Shown here in pieces: positions 58,338-64,000 of a DNA stretch of 64,000 nucleotides. Below the pieces are notes generated by a model. The model did no database searches. It was not told the origin of the DNA and saw only the letters and a program-made list of their open reading frames with translations. The stretch is from a virus. Numbering within the stretch: position 1 is the stretch's first letter; every line of letters starts with the position of its first letter. The position numbers and the translations under genes were made by a program. The DNA lies in IMG/VR virus record IMGVR_UViG_3300032087_003094, positions 1 through 64,000 of that record; one strand, written 5' to 3'.

Positions 58338-59291
58338 ATGGCAACTCCAACCAACACAACTAGTACATACGATGCGATTGGTAATCGCGAAGATTTGGCC
58401 GATGTAATTTATGACATTAGCCCAACTAAAACCCCGTTTATTAGCGGTATTGCTCACGTTCCTGCAACAGCAACTAATCACGAGTGGCAAACTGATAGTT
58501 TAGGCGCAGCGGCTAACAACGCCGTTATTGAGGGTGACGACGCTACAACCACAGCAGCGGTAGCAAGCGTTCGATTAGGTAACCGAACTCAAATCAGCAG
58601 CAAGGTTCCTCGCGTTACTCGAACTCAGCGACAAGTCAATTCGGCTGGCCGTGGTGATGAGCTTGACTATCAGATTATGAAAATGTCTAAGCTTCTCAAG
58701 AATGATATGGAAACTGCACTTTTAGCTAATAAAGCTAAGGTCACAGGTTCTGAGTCGGTCGCTAGAGAGCTTGCTGGTATCGAGTCTTGGATAGCTTCAA
58801 ACACTGATTTAGGTACTGGTGGCGTGGCTCCAACTGGTGATGGTACGGACGCAAGAACATCAGGAACAGACCGTGCATTTGCTCAAACTCAACTGGACGG
58901 TGTTTTGGCTGATATTTGGGATGCAGGTGGTGATCCGGACACAATCATGGTTGGGTCGACTGTTAAGCAGGCCTTATCGGGTTTGGTTAATGGTGGCGCA
59001 TCTGGTGCAGCCCAAAGAACTATCGACGGCACCGGGTCGACTGTTAACACGTCTATTGATGTTTACGTGTCTGACTTTGGTGATTTGGCGGTAGTTCCGA
59101 ATCGTTTTCAGGTTCAAGAGTCCATGCTTATTTTAGAGATGGATAAGTGGGCTATGGCTTCACTAGCAGAGTTTCAAGAGACCGAGCTAGCAAAAACCGG
59201 TGATTCAGATAGAGTTCAAATCCTATCAGAATACACTCTAGAAGCTAGAAACGAAGCAGCAAATGGTATTGTTTCTGACCTTAACGGGTAA
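58338..59291 (+). CDS. Major capsid protein (SU10/DUF5309-like)
   Basis: GNREDLADVIYDISPTKTPF..LAKTGDS..EYTLEARNE. Confidence 0.9.
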   Translation: MATPTNTTSTYDAIGNREDLADVIYDISPTKTPFISGIAHVPATATNHEWQTDSLGAAANNAVIEGDDATTTAAVASVRLGNRTQISSKVPRVTRTQRQVNSAGRGDELDYQIMKMSKLLKNDMETALLANKAKVTGSESVARELAGIESWIASNTDLGTGGVAPTGDGTDARTSGTDRAFAQTQLDGVLADIWDAGGDPDTIMVGSTVKQALSGLVNGGASGAAQRTIDGTGSTVNTSIDVYVSDFGDLAVVPNRFQVQESMLILEMDKWAMASLAEFQETELAKTGDSDRVQILSEYTLEARNEAANGIVSDLNG

Positions 59292-59307
59292 TCTTAACAA
59301 TTAGATT

Positions 59308-59325
59308 GGGGCGAAAGCCCCTTTC
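59308..59325 (+). terminator. Terminator after the capsid gene
   Basis: GGGGC-GAAA-GCCCC followed by T-rich sequence. Confidence 0.7.
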
Positions 59326-59341
59326 TTTAACAGGTGAATAT

Positions 59342-59832
59342 ATGAGCGAAGAAAAAAAGAAACCTAAACCAAAAAAAGCAAAAGTTCTAGTATTAAGAAA
59401 TTGCTGTGATTTGGAAGGTAATCAATTAAAGAAAGGTCAGCAGGTTGTAATTAGCTCAAAATCCTTAGATGCTCTCAAGGAAGTAAAGGCCGTAAAATGA
59501 ATGGCGTACTGCTTGATGATGATAAGTTTACAGGTATTAAAGAGGTCTATCACAAGGAAGGTAACAAGATTACCATCCACAAGAGTGCTGACGTATCTAA
59601 AGAGCTTAATCAAAATCAAATAGAATATAATAACGCCTCATCAGGTTGGAAAGGGCATTTTCATAAAGTGGCATCAATTCCCACTATTATGATCGAGATA
59701 TGGCGCGAAGAATTAAAGAGAAAAGGTTGTCCAGACGTCAATCCTCTATCAAAAAACAACAGGCCGTTTCTGATGGCAAAGTTAAATAATGGCGATTACG
59801 CAAAGCTTAGAACAAAAGGCGGCAATATATGA
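59342..59832 (+). CDS. Two small ORFs (59342-59500; 59497-59832)
   Basis: Coupled ORFs; HKVASIP motif in the second. Confidence 0.6.
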
Positions 59833-60455
59833 GTCTTAACACATATAACAACTTAAAAAAGTCAATTATTAATTGGTCTAAGCGTTCAGATTTGGATTTG
59901 TTGGTAGATGATTTTATAGACCTCACAGAAGTGGATATGTTTAAATCGAGCAGAATTCACGAAGCTTTAGAGATAAGGGGTGAAGAAACAACCTCAAGCG
60001 CCAGTGTTAGCACTAAGTTTTTTGCGCTGCCTGATAACTATCACTCATGGCGATCAATACGCCTTGCTTTATCTGATGGTAGCGGTGAAATAAACTACAA
60101 GGCACCTAACCAGCTGCAAAGAAGAGGCGGCACGGGCATGCCAAGGTATTTTACTATTGGCTCTCAGGTTGAATTCGATATAACGCCAGATCGAACGTAC
60201 ACTGTAGAAGTTAACTATTTTAAAAAGCCGGCTTCTTTATCGCCAACACAAACAACTAATATTGTTTTAGATAACCACCCAGATATCTACCTGCATGGTG
60301 CGCTGTATATGCTGTTCAATTACGCTCAAGACGACCAGCAAGCACTAAGGCATCAAGCTTTATACTCAGACGCTATAAACGGCGCTAACCAAGCCGATGA
60401 AGATGGAAGGTATGGGCCGGCTCCATACGCTAGAATTGACGGGCCTACGCCGTGA
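59829..60455 (+). CDS. Head-tail adaptor protein
   Basis: TYNNLKKSIINW.KRSDL..TNIVLDNHPDIYLHGAL. Confidence 0.8.
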   Translation: MSLNTYNNLKKSIINWSKRSDLDLLVDDFIDLTEVDMFKSSRIHEALEIRGEETTSSASVSTKFFALPDNYHSWRSIRLALSDGSGEINYKAPNQLQRRGGTGMPRYFTIGSQVEFDITPDRTYTVEVNYFKKPASLSPTQTTNIVLDNHPDIYLHGALYMLFNYAQDDQQALRHQALYSDAINGANQADEDGRYGPAPYARIDGPTP

Positions 60456-61858
60456 CATTTAAAAAAAACATTCCAATTAATATAACTGGGCCAAGCTACC
60501 AAAGCAGGTCTAAGCCTTTGTCTGTCCAGCAGACTAAAAATTTGTATCAAACAGTTGTAGAAGAAGGTAAAGATAATTACGTAATGCAGCAGTTTGCAGG
60601 ATTGACCCTTAAGGATTCAGCATCAGGGATTGACCGCGGCATGGTTAAAATGAAAGGCGTTCCCTACTGGGTATCAGGCAATAACCTGTATTCATTTAAT
60701 AATCAAGGGTTACTAACCAACTTAGGAGCTATTCCTGGTGGTGATCGATGCATCCTATCAAATGACGGAACCAATATAATTATTGTTTCAAGCTCGGGCG
60801 TTTTTAAGTATGACGGCGCAATAACCGAAGTAACAGACTCTAATATTACTGGTTCAGCAGCGGTAACATTTCTTAACAGTCAGATGATTTACACTAAGGA
60901 CCGGTTATTCACTATTGCCAACCCCAATCAACCAGACTCAGCAAGCGGGTTAAACTCAGCAGCAGCAGAATCTAAACCTGATGATTTAGTGATTGCTTAC
61001 GCATTTCAACAAAACGCCTACATGTTTGGAAAAGAATCAACCGAGCCGTGGTGGAATACTGGTGAAGGAAACCCTCCCTTAGCTAGGATTGATGGTCAAA
61101 TCTTTGAGGTTGGCTGCGCCTCTAAATATTCAGTGGATAACACAGATGAGTTTTTATACTGGCTAGGAGATGATTTTGCTATTTATAGAGCGACTGGAGG
61201 CAATAAAGATAGAGTTTCCACCGCTGCTATATCTCATGCAATTGAGAGTTATTCAAAAATAGATGATGCAATAGGTCAAACTTTCACGCTAGAGGGAATT
61301 AATTTCTACATGATAACTTTCCCATCAGCCGACAAAACGTGGTGCTTAAATGAGTCCCTTGGGAGTAATGGATGGTTTGAGTTATCCAGCGGATTAAATG
61401 ATGGTAAGTACCAAATTACTAGCATTATTCAAGCTTATGGTAAGTTGTGGGGCGCTGATGATGGTAATTTGTACGAGTTAGATGTTGATGTTTTTGACAA
61501 CGCTGGCCAAGAGATACAGCGAAGAAGGGTAACGAGCTCGATCAACGGTAAGGTTTTAGGTGCTCCAGGTGCCAGGTTGCAAATGAGCCGCTTTGAGGTG
61601 TTGATGGAGAAAGGTAACGGCCTTGCAAGTGGTCAAGGTGATGACCCCAGGATTCAATTTGAAGTCTCTTATGATGGCGGGAGATCGTGGGTCCCGAAAG
61701 GGTGGGGAAGGGTTGGCCGTAGAGGCGAGTTTGTCATTAAGGTTGAAATGTTTAATCTTGACTCATTTTTAGACTGTATTGTGAGGCTAACAACGACTGA
61801 CGCCAATAAATATACTTTGTATTCGGCATCGGCTGATTTAAGGCTTGCGGGGTGGTAA
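60452..61858 (+). CDS. gp10-like DNA stabilization/tail hub protein
   Basis: AAAESKPDDL, STEPWWNTG and RVSTAAI motifs; parallels 25349-26752. Confidence 0.8.
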   Translation: MTFKKNIPINITGPSYQSRSKPLSVQQTKNLYQTVVEEGKDNYVMQQFAGLTLKDSASGIDRGMVKMKGVPYWVSGNNLYSFNNQGLLTNLGAIPGGDRCILSNDGTNIIIVSSSGVFKYDGAITEVTDSNITGSAAVTFLNSQMIYTKDRLFTIANPNQPDSASGLNSAAAESKPDDLVIAYAFQQNAYMFGKESTEPWWNTGEGNPPLARIDGQIFEVGCASKYSVDNTDEFLYWLGDDFAIYRATGGNKDRVSTAAISHAIESYSKIDDAIGQTFTLEGINFYMITFPSADKTWCLNESLGSNGWFELSSGLNDGKYQITSIIQAYGKLWGADDGNLYELDVDVFDNAGQEIQRRRVTSSINGKVLGAPGARLQMSRFEVLMEKGNGLASGQGDDPRIQFEVSYDGGRSWVPKGWGRVGRRGEFVIKVEMFNLDSFLDCIVRLTTTDANKYTLYSASADLRLAGW

Positions 61859-61859
61859 A

Positions 61860-62150
61860 ATGGCTAACGTAAACCCGCCACCACAAATAAAACTACCAAA
61901 GAAGTTTCAGCAAGACAGGGATGCAAGGATATATTTCGACCATTTAAGTCGGGTTATACTTCAATTATGGGAAAGAACAGGCGGAAGTAGCGATCTAATT
62001 AGCGAGGCCGCAACAAATTTTAACACTAGCTCAGCCTCAGCTATATTTGATATATACAGTAGGATTGGGTCTGACATACCGGTAACTATCGATACAACTG
62101 GATTTACTATCGACAACACAAAGCAAACAACCGACAAAACAGAGGTCTAA
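61860..62150 (+). CDS. Small tail protein
   Basis: LWERTGG motif; C-terminal TIDTT repeats. Confidence 0.6.
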   Translation: MANVNPPPQIKLPKKFQQDRDARIYFDHLSRVILQLWERTGGSSDLISEAATNFNTSSASAIFDIYSRIGSDIPVTIDTTGFTIDNTKQTTDKTEV

Positions 62151-62152
62151 CC

Positions 62153-63454
62153 GTGGCTCAACAGAATTTAACAATAGGCACAGCAGACGCCAAAGCGGGT
62201 GACACTTATTTTGACGCCTTCACAAAGGTTGAGGCTAATTTTACAGAGCTTTACTCTCAAAACCTAACGGGTAGAGTTGTTGTATCTAGCGCAAGCGATT
62301 TAGCTGGTACTTTGGATAGCACTAAAGAATATTTTTTGGATGGCGTTATTGATATGGGGTCTCAGTCTATCGAGGTTCCATCAGGCGGCCTATACATCAG
62401 CGGCTACAACTTTGATACTTCAAAACTAACATCTGCACAAAGCTCTTACACAATGTTTACTTCACCAACTGGCGGAAGTGGTAACGTGGTATTTAAAGAC
62501 TTCGCTATCGAGGTAACAGGTACAGGCTCTCAGGTTTATAATTTAGAATCTGACACAGGAGCAGAAGCTTTTGAGGTCGCAAGAATAAACTATAACAACT
62601 GCACAAGTCTTGGAGAGATTGACAACTACAGACAGGGGTTAGAGATTGGTACTGGTCGTTTTGGTGGATCGCCTAGCCTAACCCTAACGGGTGCGTGGTC
62701 TGGTGGCTATCTTGCCGAAACGCTAATAGTTAGGAGTCTGACCGATGGGTCGTATTCTCTATTTCAAGCGGGGGCTGGGTTTGTTATGGCTTCACGGTTT
62801 AGAAGCAATATTAATGCTGACCTACCAGCAACTGCAAGTCTATTAGATTTTGCGCCTAGCAACTTTACCAACCCCTCAACGCTACAATTACAAGGGTGTA
62901 TATTGTCAAGGTCTGGCTCTTTTAATGCAGCGGACACCAATTTAACGCCTAATATCGACTCAACAGACCTAGAAAGCTCTTGGCGTGACAATATCGGCTT
63001 ACCTAATACATTTGAGGGCGGCACATCAACAATCACAACCGAGACGGCGACAACAGTCAGCGCATCTAGTACTTATTATGATTTAGCTGGCACTTGGACC
63101 GCTACTGACCTCCAGCACTTTGACGCACCATCTAACGGGCAGCTTAGGCACACCGGCCAATCGCCAATAGAATATAGAGTATCTGGAAATCTGGTTATTG
63201 ATGGGACTGCTAATGATGAAATTAATGTAAAAATAAGAAAATACGATGACAGTGCAGCTACTTTTAGTGATGTTTTAATACAGGCTAGGCAGATCAACTC
63301 ATTAGTAGGCGCTAGAGATGTGGCCTTTTTTACTCTAATCGCTAACGTAACACTAGAACAAAATGATTACATTTACTTACAAGTCAGCAATGAAACCGCG
63401 GCCAACAATGTAACAGTTGAGCTCGATTCTTTCTTTATGATTGAGACTAGATAA
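62153..63454 (+). CDS. Fibre/appendage-like protein
   Basis: N-terminal IGT..GD..DAFTKVEANFTELY motif typical of fibre attachment segments. Confidence 0.6.
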   Translation: MAQQNLTIGTADAKAGDTYFDAFTKVEANFTELYSQNLTGRVVVSSASDLAGTLDSTKEYFLDGVIDMGSQSIEVPSGGLYISGYNFDTSKLTSAQSSYTMFTSPTGGSGNVVFKDFAIEVTGTGSQVYNLESDTGAEAFEVARINYNNCTSLGEIDNYRQGLEIGTGRFGGSPSLTLTGAWSGGYLAETLIVRSLTDGSYSLFQAGAGFVMASRFRSNINADLPATASLLDFAPSNFTNPSTLQLQGCILSRSGSFNAADTNLTPNIDSTDLESSWRDNIGLPNTFEGGTSTITTETATTVSASSTYYDLAGTWTATDLQHFDAPSNGQLRHTGQSPIEYRVSGNLVIDGTANDEINVKIRKYDDSAATFSDVLIQARQINSLVGARDVAFFTLIANVTLEQNDYIYLQVSNETAANNVTVELDSFFMIETR

Positions 63455-63789
63455 TGGCAACTCCAACTCAATTGGCAGACAGCGCGACCAACTCGGTAGC
63501 TGATACAGCTCAGGCAATCTTTACAGCGCCATCGACAGGTAATGGCGTTTTAATCGATAGCTTTACAGCTGCAAATCAAAGTACCGCGAATGCAAGTTAC
63601 AAGGCTTACATAACAGGTCTAGGCGAGCCGGCTACTAATCCAGTCATACCCTACAGAATAGTCGTTTGGAATGAGATAGATTTAGGGGGTGGGTTAATAA
63701 ATCAATTAATCCCTCCTGGGGGAGCCTTGCAAGTAGAGCAGTCTACAGCTAATAGTATTTATTTTACAGTCTCGGGTAAGGCGGTTTGA
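63454..63789 (+). CDS. Hypothetical virion protein
   Basis: Beta-rich ORF in the tail operon. Confidence 0.6.
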   Translation: MATPTQLADSATNSVADTAQAIFTAPSTGNGVLIDSFTAANQSTANASYKAYITGLGEPATNPVIPYRIVVWNEIDLGGGLINQLIPPGGALQVEQSTANSIYFTVSGKAV

Positions 63790-64000
63790 TTTGCGAGGTT
63801 TTAAGCAACCCAAAGGAAATAAAAAGCCTTGTTTTAAAGGTTAGTCAATTAGCTTTTGAAGATGGTGTAAATGCCGACAATTGGACGCCAAAAGCATTTG
63901 GTAATAATTGTTGGTTAGCGATTAAAGAGGAAGGTGAGATATTTGGCTTGGCGGCTTTTAGGGCTATACAAGCGCACACGGTTGAAATACACATGTATGC
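63786..64000 (+). CDS. Partial ORF, possible GNAT-fold/P22 gp14-like protein
   Basis: TTG start overlapping the previous stop; open to the edge; GEIFGLAAF..TVEIHMY. Confidence 0.45.
   Translation, partial: MICEVLSNPKEIKSLVLKVSQLAFEDGVNADNWTPKAFGNNCWLAIKEEGEIFGLAAFRAIQAHTVEIHMY

Larger units (their letters stand above)
39457..64000 (+). mobile_element. Phage genome unit B (partial): related early region, different head/packaging module
   Basis: Second syntenic early region plus a second terminase, portal, capsid and gp10-like gene. Confidence 0.85.

Noticed and set aside
4396-63297. Most minus-strand ORFs and nested plus-strand ORFs in the track
   Set aside because: They overlap well-supported + strand genes and show no recognisable motifs; only 2472-2660 and 41529-41699 are credible on the minus strand.

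Overview
The whole window is phage DNA: no host genes, rRNA, tRNA, CRISPR array or integrase were seen. It holds two related but distinct podovirus-like genomes, head to tail on the + strand. Unit A spans about 1-39,456. Unit B starts by about 39,457 (the 35.5-39.5 kb block could belong to either) and runs off the right edge. Bases 1-91 are identical to 39457-39547. The early regions are syntenic mosaics: a replication protein, a recombination module, NinB/NinG and lysis genes, with whole ORFs swapped or inserted at short conserved junctions. The virion modules differ. A has a P22-type terminase large subunit, portal, scaffold, coat, gp4, gp10, ejection proteins and tailspike. B has a PBSX-type terminase, a different portal, an SU10/DUF5309-type capsid, an adaptor and a gp10-like protein. 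The most notable features are: an array of small genes each headed by the repeat AACCATAAGGAATAGATGATG; C4-like antisense elements whose loops and targets differ together between the two units; a ~650 nt non-coding block of stacked long stem-loops; and a putative bead-on-a-string fibre module. All protein calls come from recognising motifs by eye, without database searches.
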